A stretch of DNA of 57,538 bases from Acidobacteriota bacterium (GTDB lineage: Bacteria; Acidobacteriota; UBA6911; JACQSX01), in assembly GCA_036507075.1 (NCBI GenBank), contig DASXQR010000124.1:1-57538 (forward strand), written 5' to 3'. Position 1 is the stretch's first letter. Each line of letters starts with the position of its first letter. Positions 47,902 to 57,538 of the stretch are shown piece by piece. The notes below the pieces were generated by a model. The model did not search any database and was not told where the DNA came from. It saw nothing but the letters and a program-made list of their open reading frames with translations. Both the position numbers and the translations under genes were made by a program.

Positions 47902-47979
47902 ATGAAACCGAGCGGGAAGCAGTTCTACAACTGGCACTGGTATTACGGATCGATCAAGGTCCGCCCGCTGCCTTTGTAG
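47902..47979 (+). CDS. Attenuator leader peptide [25 protein letters not shown]
   Basis: ATG..TAG 25-codon ORF with F-Y-N-W-H-W-Y-Y cluster at 47923-47946, followed by antiterminator and terminator stems, upstream of his/trp/aro genes. Confidence 0.8.
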   Translation: MKPSGKQFYNWHWYYGSIKVRPLPL

Positions 47980-48005
47980 ACTTTTCAGCTTCCTGGAAAA
48001 TTTTC

Positions 48006-48038
48006 AAGGCCGTGGGCAAGTCCCACGGCCTTTTTTTT
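48006..48038 (+). terminator. Intrinsic terminator (attenuator) ahead of hisF
   Basis: AAGGCCGTGGG-CAAGT-CCCACGGCC-TTTTTTTT ending 12 nt before the hisF ATG. Confidence 0.88.
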
Positions 48039-48050
48039 GTTTCAATAAAG

Positions 48051-48816
<766 letters not shown>

Positions 48817-48827
<11 letters not shown>

Positions 48828-49431
48828 AGACTTCCTCGTCCCTACAATCGCCCAGGACTCGGAAAGCGGCCAGGTGCTGATGCTGGCCTATTCGAACCGG
48901 GAGAGCCTCCACAAAACCTTTAAAACCGGCGAGGCACATTATTGGAGTCGTTCGCGAAACTCGTTGTGGAAGAAAGGGGAGACATCGGGTAATACCCAGC
49001 AACTCATCACAGTCGCCCTGGATTGCGATGCCGATGCGCTTCTGTTTCGCGTCAAGCCCAGCGGCCCGGCGTGCCACACCGGCGCAGTCTCATGCTTTTT
49101 CACCAGGGTTGAAGACGCCCAAATCACGATCGAAAGCCGCCAGTGGTACGATGATTTCTTTTCACAACTTTTCGAGCTGATCGAAAGGCGCAAAATCGAG
49201 AAACCGGAAAACTCGTACACCAGGCGTCTGCTGTCGGAAGGTGTGGACCGCATTGCCAGGAAAATAGCGGAGGAGTCGGGCGAAGTGATCATCGCGGCAA
49301 AGAATGGAGCAAAGGCGGAACTACTGTGGGAATCGGCCGATTTGATTTACCACCTGATGGTCCTGCTCGCCAGCCAGAATCTGACGTGGAACCAGGTGAG
49401 CGAAGAGCTGCAGAAGCGGAGCGAAAAATGA
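48817..49431 (+). CDS. hisIE: Bifunctional phosphoribosyl-AMP cyclohydrolase / phosphoribosyl-ATP pyrophosphatase
   Basis: [51 protein letters not shown]. Confidence 0.96.
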
Positions 49432-50945
49432 AGCCTGATTTTGACCAGTTTCTGAGAGCCGCGGAGGAGGCAAACGTAGTGCCGGTTTATGACTTCGTGA
49501 TGGCCGATCTGCTCACGCCCGTATCAGCATTTCTGAAAATGAGGGGCCATCATCGAAACTGCTGTCTTCTGGAGAGCGTCGAGGGCGGAGAAAAGATCGC
49601 GCGCTATTCCTTCCTGGCATTCGATCCCATTGTGCGCATTGAAACCAAAAACGGTTCAACCGTGGTGCGCCGCGGCCCGGAGAGCGCCGCGCAGCACGCA
49701 GCAGGGGATTTCTGGCGGCTTCTGGAGGAGGAGTTCAGCCGCTATCGAACCTTCCATTCACCCGATCTGCCACCATTTACCGGCGGCGGTGTGGGCTTTT
49801 TTTCTTATGACGTGGTGCGAACTCTGGAAAGAATCCCGGCGCATCCGCACGACGACCTGCGCCTGCCAGACGCTTCCATCGCGCTGTTTCCCACCGTTCT
49901 CGCCTTTGATCATCTCAAGCATCGCATCGTCATCATCGAAAATGTTTTCACTTCACAAAAATCGAAGCAGCAGTTGCGGGACCTCTATGACCGGGCCGCC
50001 GTCCGTGCCGAAACCGTAAAGCAGCAACTGCTCGAGCCGCTCGGTCCGGAGGAACATCTGGAATTCAACCAGCCGGATCCGCTTCCACTGGAATCCAACA
50101 CCACGCGCGAGAAGTTTATCGAGTCGGTTGGGAGGGCAAAGGAACACATCGCGCAGGGCGACATTTTCCAGGTGGTCCTTTCGCAGCGCTTCCACACGCA
50201 TTTCAACGGCGACACTTTCGACATTTACCGGTCTCTCCGTTTCGTGAACCCTTCGCCTTACATGTTTTACCTCGACTTTGACGACATCCACGTGGTGGGA
50301 GCTTCGCCCGAGATGCTGGTGAAGGTCCAGGACCGAAGACTTGAATACCGGCCGATCGCAGGCACGCGAAGACGGGGGCGAGACGACGAAGACGACCGCC
50401 GCCTGGAGGAAGAGCTGAAAAACGACGAGAAAGAACGCGCCGAGCACGTGATGCTGGTCGATCTGGGGAGAAACGATCTCGGCAGGGTTTCCGAATTCGG
50501 ATCAGTTAAGGTCGAAGACCTGATGTTTGTCGAGAAGTACTCGCACGTAATGCATCTGGTTTCGTCGCTTTCCGGAATTCTGCGGCCGGACATGACGCGA
50601 TTTGACGCCTTCCGGGCATGTTTCCCGGCGGGCACGGTGACAGGCGCTCCCAAGATTCGCGCCATGGAAATAATCAATCAGTTCGAGCCGACACAGCGCG
50701 GAATTTACGCGGGCAGTATCGCCTACCTGGATTTTTCCAGGAATCTGGATTCCTGCATCGCGCTGCGTACCATCGTGATTCAGGGAGAAAACATTTACGT
50801 ACAGGCGGGCGCCGGGATTGTGGCGGATTCGAATCCCGAATCGGAATACCAGGAGTGCCTGAGCAAGGCCCGCGCGCTGTGGAAGGCCATCGAACTGGTG
50901 CACTCAAGGCAACCGACGAGCACCTCGTCGGTTGGCGCTCCTTAG
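49428..50945 (+). CDS. trpE: Anthranilate synthase component I
   Basis: LLESVEGG, GDIFQVVLSQR, NPSPYM, ASPE, RPIAGTRRRG, AEHVMLVDLGRND, FPAGTVTGAPK, GAGIVADS; ATGA coupling to hisIE. Confidence 0.96.
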   Translation: MKPDFDQFLRAAEEANVVPVYDFVMADLLTPVSAFLKMRGHHRNCCLLESVEGGEKIARYSFLAFDPIVRIETKNGSTVVRRGPESAAQHAAGDFWRLLEEEFSRYRTFHSPDLPPFTGGGVGFFSYDVVRTLERIPAHPHDDLRLPDASIALFPTVLAFDHLKHRIVIIENVFTSQKSKQQLRDLYDRAAVRAETVKQQLLEPLGPEEHLEFNQPDPLPLESNTTREKFIESVGRAKEHIAQGDIFQVVLSQRFHTHFNGDTFDIYRSLRFVNPSPYMFYLDFDDIHVVGASPEMLVKVQDRRLEYRPIAGTRRRGRDDEDDRRLEEELKNDEKERAEHVMLVDLGRNDLGRVSEFGSVKVEDLMFVEKYSHVMHLVSSLSGILRPDMTRFDAFRACFPAGTVTGAPKIRAMEIINQFEPTQRGIYAGSIAYLDFSRNLDSCIALRTIVIQGENIYVQAGAGIVADSNPESEYQECLSKARALWKAIELVHSRQPTSTSSVGAP

Positions 50946-50949
50946 AACA

Positions 50950-51200
50950 GGTTGGCGAGTTACGGGTTCTCGGGTTGCGGGTTGACGGGTTGACGGGTTG
51001 ACGGGTTGCGAGTTGACGGGTGGCGGCGTGGCGGGTGGCGGGTTGGGCGGGTTTGCCAGCGGATTTGAGAAATTCAAAACCGCAAGCAGAGGAATTGAGG
51101 AACCCGGAACCCGGAACCCGAAAACTGTTTTTATGAACCCGCAACTCAAAAACCCGAAACTGTTTTTATGAACTCGTAACTATGAAACTCGAAAACTGTT
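50950..51200. repeat. Inverted 7/8-mer array (CGGGTTG / AACCCG) between trpE and trpG
   Basis: G-rich arm 50950-51054, C-rich arm 51101-51192, with three copies of AAACTGTTTTTATGAA. Confidence 0.88.
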
Positions 51201-51203
51201 TTT

Positions 51204-51773
51204 ATGAAAATCCTAGTCATCGATAACTATGATTCGTTCACATTCAACCTGGTGCAGCTCTTCGGTCTGATCGAGAAGAACATAGAAGTGGTACGCAACG
51301 ATGCGCTTGACGTGGAAGGAATCCGAAGCCGCAAGCCGGATGCGCTGGTGATTTCTCCGGGCCCGGGCCGGCCAGCCGAGGCAGGGATCTGCAACCGGGC
51401 GATTGCGGCTCTGCACGCAGAGCTGCCGATTCTCGGGGTTTGCCTGGGCCATCAGTGCATCGGCGAGGTCTTCGGTGGAAAAATCATCAGGGCGCCTTCG
51501 CTGATGCACGGAAAAACTTCACCTGTCTTCCATGAGAACGGAGGGCTGATGAGGGGCTTGCCCTCCCCGGTGCAGGCAACCCGCTATCACTCGCTGGTGG
51601 TGGATCGGGACGCCTTTCCCGAAGCGCTGAAAGTGGATGCCGCCACAAGAGATGGCGTAATTATGGCCGTGCATCATAAAATTTACCCGGTATTTGGGAT
51701 CCAGTTCCATCCCGAATCGGTGATGACGCAACAAGGCGAAACGATCATCCGGAACTTCCTTGACCATTGTTGA
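51204..51773 (+). CDS. trpG: Anthranilate synthase component II (glutamine amidotransferase)
   Basis: IDNYDSFTFNL, ISPGPG, GVCLGHQ, RYHSL, QFHPES. Confidence 0.95.
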   Translation: MKILVIDNYDSFTFNLVQLFGLIEKNIEVVRNDALDVEGIRSRKPDALVISPGPGRPAEAGICNRAIAALHAELPILGVCLGHQCIGEVFGGKIIRAPSLMHGKTSPVFHENGGLMRGLPSPVQATRYHSLVVDRDAFPEALKVDAATRDGVIMAVHHKIYPVFGIQFHPESVMTQQGETIIRNFLDHC

Positions 51774-51776
51774 TTT

Positions 51777-52790
51777 ATGCTGCAGGACTTTTTGAAACGC
51801 CTGATCGTGCGCAAGGACCTCACTTCGGCGGAAGCCGAAGAAATGATGCGTTACATGCTCGACGAAAGGACGCCGGATTCTCAAATTGCCGCCCTTTTGA
51901 TTGCCCTGATTCACAAGGGAGAGATTGTCGACGAGATCGTGGGCTTTGCGCGCGTCATACGGGATATGTATGAGCCCATCCATTCCAATAATCCTCAACT
52001 GCTGGATATCGCCGGAACGGGCGGTGACCGCGATACCTTCAACATCTCCACCGCGGCCGCTTTCGTCATTTCGGGAGCGGGGCTTCCGGTGGCAAAGCAT
52101 GGCAATTATGCAGTCACTTCCTCGTGCGGCACAGCAGAAGTGCTGAATGAACTGGGAATTCGCATCGACACGCCGACCCACGTCGCCCAGCGCTGCCTGG
52201 ACGAAGTGGGGATCTGCTTTGTATGCGAGCCGCTGTTTCACGCGCACATGAGTCGCATCACGCGCATCCGGAAGGAAATCGGCGTGCGAACCGTCTTCAA
52301 CCTGCTCGGCCCGCTTACCAATCCGGCTCGGGCGACGCATCATCTGGTCGGAGTGTTCCATGAAAGCCTTACTGACATGCTTGCCCAGGCTCTGCGGCAG
52401 CTCGGATGCGAGCACGCCTGGGTGGTGCATGGAGCCGACGGGCTGGACGAAATCACCCTGAATGGGACGACACGGGTTACCGAGGTAAAGAACGGCGGCA
52501 TCAACACATTCTATCTGGCGCCCGCCGAGATCAACGGCGCACCCCGCAAAGCGGACAACGTGGCAGGGGGCGATGCGAACCACAACGCCGCCATGCTGAT
52601 GGACGTGCTGGAGGGCAGGAAAGACGCCCCGCGCATGATCGTGGCCATTAATGCCGCCGCCGGTCTTCACATTGCCGGCCGCGCTCCGGATCTTGGCGCG
52701 GGGCTGCAGATGGCGCTCGAATCGATCGACAGTGGAGCGGCGCTGGCCAAACTCGAGCAAGTGCGCGAATTCACGCAGAGGACGCAGTGA
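51777..52790 (+). CDS. trpD: Anthranilate phosphoribosyltransferase (operon copy)
   Basis: [45 protein letters not shown]. Confidence 0.95.
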   Translation: MLQDFLKRLIVRKDLTSAEAEEMMRYMLDERTPDSQIAALLIALIHKGEIVDEIVGFARVIRDMYEPIHSNNPQLLDIAGTGGDRDTFNISTAAAFVISGAGLPVAKHGNYAVTSSCGTAEVLNELGIRIDTPTHVAQRCLDEVGICFVCEPLFHAHMSRITRIRKEIGVRTVFNLLGPLTNPARATHHLVGVFHESLTDMLAQALRQLGCEHAWVVHGADGLDEITLNGTTRVTEVKNGGINTFYLAPAEINGAPRKADNVAGGDANHNAAMLMDVLEGRKDAPRMIVAINAAAGLHIAGRAPDLGAGLQMALESIDSGAALAKLEQVREFTQRTQ

Positions 52791-54817
52791 CCATCCTGGA
52801 AACAATCGTACGCAGGAAACGCGCCGACTTGGCGTCCGGCATCAAAACGGGTGAGCCGCTGGCCCGAAAGCATACTCCTCAGTCCCTTCTGGCGGAGCTT
52901 CGTCGGCGCGATCTTTCTGTGATCGCGGAACTCAAGAAGAAATCGCCGTCCAAAGGACTAATCCGGCGGGACTACAGTCCGGCTGAAATCGCCCGCGGTT
53001 ACGCGTCCGCCGGCGCGTTTGCCCTTTCGGTCCTGACGGAAGAGAACTTTTTCAGCGGCTCGCTGGAAGATTTGCGCGCGGTGCGCACGGCCGTAGATCT
53101 GCCGCTGCTGCGCAAGGACTTTATTGTTTCACTCCAACAATTGAAAGAGAGCGCCATCCATGGGGCCGACATGGTGCTCCTGATCGCCGCCTGCTTGAAT
53201 GAATGGGAACTGCCTGAAATGATCGCGGCGGCAAAATCAGAAGGCCTGTTGCCGCTCGTGGAGGTACACACCGAGGCCGAAGCAGACACGGCCATCACCG
53301 CCGGCGCGGATCTGATCGGAGTCAATAACCGCGACCTGAGGTCCTTTGAAGTCGACCTTCAGACCGGCATCCGCCTGGCGCGCTACATCCGCAGCACCTT
53401 CGGCGCTGACATCGTCCTGGTAGCCGAGAGCGGTATCCAGTCGGCCCGCGATATCGAATTACTTGCCAGCGCAGGTTACGGAACTTTCCTCATTGGGGAG
53501 TCCTTGATGCGCGCTGAAGATCCAGGCAAGGCCCTTCTGGAACTGCTGCAAGAGCTTGGCAATGGAGCCGCCGACGTCCCGTACAGTGCCTTAACTCCGG
53601 GGCCGGAACCCTGCAAGGGGCAGCCCGCAGGCAAGGTCACTTCGCAACCGGACGCGGAGGGCCATTTCGGCGTCTACGGAGGCAAATACGTTCCGGAAAC
53701 GCTGATGGCGCCGCTGGAAGAACTGGAGACGGCGTACCACCACTTTTCCAAAGATGCGGAATTCCAATCGGAGCTGGACGCGTTGCTCTCGCAGTATGTG
53801 GGGCGTCCCACGCCTCTTACTTTTGCTGCAAGACTCTCACAGGATCTGGGGGCGCGGATTTATTTTAAGCGTGAAGATCTCTGCCACACCGGCGCCCACA
53901 AAATCAACAACGCGCTGGGCCAGGCATTGCTCGCAAAGAGAATGGGAAAGACGCGGATTGTTGCCGAGACCGGGGCCGGCCAGCATGGCGTAGCCACCGC
54001 CACTGTATGCGCGCTGCTTGGATTGCAATGCCGCGTCTACATGGGCGTCGAAGACATGGGACGCCAGGAACTGAATGTTTTCCGCATGAAACTCCTTGGC
54101 GCCGAGGTGGTTCCGGTCGATTCCGGCACACGTACTCTGAAAGACGCTATTAACGAGACGATGCGGGATTGGGTCACCAATGTAGGCGCCACACACTATC
54201 TGCTCGGTTCTGTGCTTGGCCCCCACCCCTACCCTCAGATGGTGCGTGATTTCCAGAGCGTCATCGGGCGGGAGGCCCGTCGGCAGGTCATGGAGCACGA
54301 ACAGCGTCTTCCCGATTATCTGATTGCCTGCGTGGGTGGGGGAAGTAATTCGCTGGGCCTGTTCTACGACTTTCTTGCGGAACCCGGGGTCGCCATGATC
54401 GGGGTCGAAGCCGGAGGACGCGGCAGGGGCCTGGGCGAACATGCCGCACGATTTGACGGCGGCAGGCCGGGCGTGCTGCACGGGTGTTACACGTACGTGC
54501 TGCAAAACAAAGAGGGCCAGATCTCGACGACCCACAGCGTAAGCGCCGGCTTGGATTACCCCGCCGTCGGACCGGAGCACTCACGGCTCCACGATGAAGG
54601 GCGGGTCCAGTTTACCAGCGCCACCGATGATGAGGCTCTCGAGGCCTGCAGGATATTGAGCCTGACCGAAGGACTGATCCCCGCGCTGGAAAGCGCGCAT
54701 GCCGTCGCCGAACTGCTGCGCAACCGTGACAAGTACCGGAACAGGCTGGTGATCGTCAACCTGTCGGGCAGAGGCGACAAGGACATGCCGACGATGCAGC
54801 GCCAACTTCGCTTCTAG
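52787..54817 (+). CDS. trpCB: Indole-3-glycerol phosphate synthase :: tryptophan synthase beta chain fusion
   Basis: N-terminal [39 protein letters not shown] (TrpC); C-terminal [50 protein letters not shown] (TrpB); one continuous frame from a GTG start. Confidence 0.93.
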   Translation: MTILETIVRRKRADLASGIKTGEPLARKHTPQSLLAELRRRDLSVIAELKKKSPSKGLIRRDYSPAEIARGYASAGAFALSVLTEENFFSGSLEDLRAVRTAVDLPLLRKDFIVSLQQLKESAIHGADMVLLIAACLNEWELPEMIAAAKSEGLLPLVEVHTEAEADTAITAGADLIGVNNRDLRSFEVDLQTGIRLARYIRSTFGADIVLVAESGIQSARDIELLASAGYGTFLIGESLMRAEDPGKALLELLQELGNGAADVPYSALTPGPEPCKGQPAGKVTSQPDAEGHFGVYGGKYVPETLMAPLEELETAYHHFSKDAEFQSELDALLSQYVGRPTPLTFAARLSQDLGARIYFKREDLCHTGAHKINNALGQALLAKRMGKTRIVAETGAGQHGVATATVCALLGLQCRVYMGVEDMGRQELNVFRMKLLGAEVVPVDSGTRTLKDAINETMRDWVTNVGATHYLLGSVLGPHPYPQMVRDFQSVIGREARRQVMEHEQRLPDYLIACVGGGSNSLGLFYDFLAEPGVAMIGVEAGGRGRGLGEHAARFDGGRPGVLHGCYTYVLQNKEGQISTTHSVSAGLDYPAVGPEHSRLHDEGRVQFTSATDDEALEACRILSLTEGLIPALESAHAVAELLRNRDKYRNRLVIVNLSGRGDKDMPTMQRQLRF

Positions 54818-54829
54818 GCAGACATGAAG

Positions 54830-54932
54830 GAGTTGCGGGTTTACGAGTTGCGAGTTACGGGTTTCGAGACAGGTAACTCGAAACTCGGTAACCCGAAACT
54901 CGTAACCCGGTAACTCGCTAACTCGAAACTCG
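54830..54932. repeat. Inverted heptamer array (CGAGTT/CGGGTT vs AACTCG/AACCCG) between trpB and trpA
   Basis: GAGTTGCGGGTTTACGAGTTGCGAGTTACGGGTTTCGAG ... AACTCGAAACTCGGTAACCCGAAACTCG. Confidence 0.88.
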
Positions 54933-54948
54933 ACACTAGACATTTTTT

Positions 54949-55746
54949 ATGACGTCCAGCCCGATAACTGAAGCTTTCGAAAGGTGCAGAGCCGAGCGCC
55001 GGCGGGCGTTTATTCCATTCATTGCTGCCGGCGATCCGAACCTGGAAGTCACCGCCAAAGCGCTGCAGGCGCTGGACCAGGCAGGTTCGGACGTGATTGA
55101 GCTCGGACTTCCCTTTTCCGATCCGATCGCCGACGGCCCGATCATCCAGGCAAGCTATCAAAGAGCGTTGGAGGGCGGAGTTGCGCTGCAGCAGACATTT
55201 GAGCTCCTTGAATCTCTCAAGCTTCGGGCTCCGGTGCTTCTTTTTACTTATCTCAATCCGGTGCTCCAGTATGGGCTGGAGCGGTTGGCGGAAAAAGCAA
55301 AGCGGATGGGAGTGTCGGGGCTTCTCGTGTCCGACCTGACACCGGAAGAAGCGAATCGCTATATGCACCCTTTACGCCGCAACTGGATTGATACCGTGTT
55401 CCTTGCGGCCCCCACCACCACGCCGAAGCGCATGGAGAAGATTTTAGGCTGCTGCACCGGTTTTTTGTACTTCATCGCCCGCACAGGAGTGACCGGGAAA
55501 CAGACCAATCTCGATGCCGGCGTTACCAACCAGATCAACTTGATCCGGAGTCGCTCGAAAATTCCGATTGCCATCGGTTTCGGAATGCGAACTCCTGAAG
55601 ACGTGCAAAAGGCTTCCCGCATCGGAGATGGCGTGGTAGTAGGCAGCGCCATTGTCGAGAAACTCCACGCACTGACACAACAGCCGGTATGGGAGGAAGA
55701 TTTTCGCAAGTACATCGCCGCGTTTGTACAGGCTACAAAGAATTGA
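54949..55746 (+). CDS. trpA: Tryptophan synthase alpha chain
   Basis: AGDP, IELGLPFSDPIADGPIIQ, TYLNP, LAAPTT, RTGVTG, IGFG, VVGSA. Confidence 0.97.
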   Translation: MTSSPITEAFERCRAERRRAFIPFIAAGDPNLEVTAKALQALDQAGSDVIELGLPFSDPIADGPIIQASYQRALEGGVALQQTFELLESLKLRAPVLLFTYLNPVLQYGLERLAEKAKRMGVSGLLVSDLTPEEANRYMHPLRRNWIDTVFLAAPTTTPKRMEKILGCCTGFLYFIARTGVTGKQTNLDAGVTNQINLIRSRSKIPIAIGFGMRTPEDVQKASRIGDGVVVGSAIVEKLHALTQQPVWEEDFRKYIAAFVQATKN

Positions 55747-55749
55747 GTT

Positions 55750-55834
55750 TTGAGCACGAATTTCACGAATTTCACGAATCTTCTTAATTAACTTCGTGTA
55801 ATTCGTGTAATTCGTGCTCAACATTCGTGCTCAA
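55750..55834. repeat. Inverted nonamer array (CACGAATTT / TAATTCGTG)
   Basis: TTGAGCACGAATTTCACGAATTTCACGAA ... TTCGTGTAATTCGTGTAATTCGTGCTCAA plus a duplicated terminal ATTCGTGCTCAA. Confidence 0.9.
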
Positions 55835-55838
55835 CCCT

Positions 55839-56117
55839 ATGGACATCACGGACTGGCGCAAGAAAATAGATGAGCTTGATTTGAAGCTGGTACAGTTGCT
55901 CAACGAGCGCACGCACTGTGCAGTGGAAATCGGCAAATTGAAGCGACAGCTTCAACAGCAACTCTATGACCCTGACCGGGAAGGGCAGGTTTTTGAAAAC
56001 GTGCAGCGAGCCAATCGGGGACCGCTCCGGCCCGACGCTGTGCAGCGTCTTTTCGAACGGATCATTGACGAAGCGCGCCGCGCCGCGAGACTGGCGATGG
56101 GAGAGGAAAAGACGTAA
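55839..56117 (+). CDS. aroQ: Chorismate mutase, type II (AroQ class)
   Basis: WRKKIDELDLKLVQLLNER..EIGKLK..YDPDRE..LFERIIDEAR. Confidence 0.9.
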   Translation: MDITDWRKKIDELDLKLVQLLNERTHCAVEIGKLKRQLQQQLYDPDREGQVFENVQRANRGPLRPDAVQRLFERIIDEARRAARLAMGEEKT

Positions 56118-56264
56118 GGGTTGCGGGTTAGCGGGTTAGCGAGTTGCGGGTTAGCGCGTTGCGAGTTGCGAGGGGCGAGGGGCAAGTTGCGAGGGGCGGA
56201 TTCGCGAATTCCAAATTCAAAATTATGCGAAACCCGTAACCCGAAACTCGGCAACTCGCCAACC
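56118..56264. repeat. Inverted heptamer array (GGGTTGC/GGGTTAGC vs AACCCG/AACTCG)
   Basis: Starts immediately after the chorismate mutase TAA; C-rich arm 56230-56264. Confidence 0.85.
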
Positions 56265-56285
56265 TAATTTGGAGACAGCGGAATC

Positions 56286-57296
56286 ATGGTGATCGTGATG
56301 CAGCGTGGCGCTTCCGAAGATCAAATCAGCGCCGTTATCAAGAGACTGACTGAAAAGGGATTTGATGTGCACCGCTCCACGGGCGCCGAGCGAACCATAC
56401 TGGGCGCGGTGGGCGGGAAGGTCGTAGACACGCGTGATTACGAGCTGCTCGGTGGAGTAAAGGAAGTCATCCGCATTACCCACCCCTACAAACTGAGCAG
56501 CCGCACTTTCAAACCCGAGGGTACGCGCATCCGCGTGGGGGATGTTGAAGTCGGCGGCGACAAGGTCACCGTCATTGCCGGCCCCTGCTCGGTTGAGAGC
56601 CGCGACCAGATTCAGCGCACTGCCGAGGCACTGTCCACGCAGGGAGTAAGAATGCTGCGCGGCGGCGCGTTCAAGCCGCGCACGTCGCCCTACAGCTTTC
56701 AGGGTCTGGGTGAGGAGGGATTGAAATACATGCGTGAAACGGCGGACCGCTTTGGGATGAAGGTGGTTTCGGAAATCATGGACCACAACGATCTGCCGAT
56801 GATGCTCAACTATGTGGATGTTTTCCAGGTGGGCGCGCGCAACATGCAGAACTATACCATCCTGAAGGAGCTTGGGAAGATCAAGAGCCCTGTCCTGCTC
56901 AAGCGGGGAATGTCGGCAACGATCGAGGACATGCTCTTGTCGGCAGAATACGTCATGTCGGGCGGCAATCATGAAGTGATTCTGTGCGAGCGGGGTATCC
57001 GAACGTTTGAGACATACACCCGGAATACCCTTGACCTTTCAGCCATCCCCGTTGTGAAGAAACTGAGCCATCTTCCCATTATCGTCGACCCCAGCCACGG
57101 GACCGGCCTTCGCGACAAAGTGATTCCGATGGCGCGCGCCGCGGTTGCGGCGGGAGCCGACGGTCTGCTGGTGGAAGTTCATTGCGATCCGGAGAACGCG
57201 CTCTCCGACGGGGCGCAGTCCTTATTCCCCGAGCAATTCGCCGACTTGATGCGCCAATTGAAACTGATCGGCGAAGCCGTGGGAAGGAAAATCTAG
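56286..57296 (+). CDS. aroF: DAHP synthase, class I-beta with N-terminal ferredoxin-like regulatory domain
   Basis: IAGPCSVE, RGGAFKPRTSPYSFQG, GARNMQN, LKRG, CERGIRTF, DPSH, EVH..ALSDG. Confidence 0.96.
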   Translation: MVIVMQRGASEDQISAVIKRLTEKGFDVHRSTGAERTILGAVGGKVVDTRDYELLGGVKEVIRITHPYKLSSRTFKPEGTRIRVGDVEVGGDKVTVIAGPCSVESRDQIQRTAEALSTQGVRMLRGGAFKPRTSPYSFQGLGEEGLKYMRETADRFGMKVVSEIMDHNDLPMMLNYVDVFQVGARNMQNYTILKELGKIKSPVLLKRGMSATIEDMLLSAEYVMSGGNHEVILCERGIRTFETYTRNTLDLSAIPVVKKLSHLPIIVDPSHGTGLRDKVIPMARAAVAAGADGLLVEVHCDPENALSDGAQSLFPEQFADLMRQLKLIGEAVGRKI

Positions 57297-57300
57297 GTTT

Positions 57301-57538
57301 GGTTCGTTGTCCGTAGTTCGCGTTCCGGGTTGGCGGGTTGCGGGTTGGCGGGTTGCGGGTTGGCGGGTTGCTGAGAGGTTCAGAGTTGTCGAATTAGAGA
57401 TCGAAAATTCAAAATTGGTGAAACAACTCCAATTCTTAATGACAACTTTATTTGCTCAAAACTGTAACCCGAAATTCGTAATCCGCCAACCCGCAATCCG
57501 CCAACCCGCAATCCGCCAACCCGCAACCCGCCAACCCG
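57301..57538. repeat. Inverted 7+8-mer array (GGGTTGGCGGGTTGC)n / (CCGCCAACCCGCAA)n, cut by the window end
   Basis: G-rich arm 57327-57370, C-rich arm 57465-57538, 15-nt higher-order unit. Confidence 0.88.

Noticed and set aside
47811..48050. 80-aa N-terminal extension of HisF in the ORF track (similar extensions at 13700, 17019, 27896, 29320, 36151, 37453, 47800)
   Set aside because: The extensions run through repeats, the attenuator or neighbouring genes; conserved starts lie downstream.
51519..52805. 428-aa minus-strand ORF
   Set aside because: Antisense shadow of trpG/trpD, typical of GC-rich DNA.

Overview
GC-rich bacterial chromosomal window. Gene content (TPR/FG-GAP/UnbV lipoprotein, Tat-exported DUF2961 and sugar-isomerase proteins, bactofilin-methyltransferase pair) suggests Acidobacteriota, but this is inference. 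It holds about 38 CDSs, including a PAS hybrid histidine kinase, a 3137-aa cyclic beta-1,2-glucan synthase, RecQ, a sigma54-linked HlyD/MacB-type ABC exporter operon with a two-component system, queC, a heme c/type II copper monooxygenase-like protein, and a mixed hisF-hisIE-trpE-trpG-trpD-trpC::trpB-trpA-chorismate mutase-aroF operon. Two things stand out. (1) An unannotated 25-codon leader peptide ([25 protein letters not shown], 47902-47979) with matching antiterminator and terminator hairpins precedes the his/trp/aro operon. It is a candidate single attenuator sensing Phe, Tyr, Trp and His, the four amino acids the operon serves. (2) About 30 gene-less palindromic elements occupy most intergenic gaps. 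They are built from inverted short tandem repeats (periods 6-10) or REP-like hairpins, often start within a few nt of a stop codon, and nest inside one another; one appears to encode part of a signal peptide. No rRNA, tRNA, CRISPR array, transposase or integrase was recognised. Coordinates were read by eye, so repeat boundaries may be off by a few nt.
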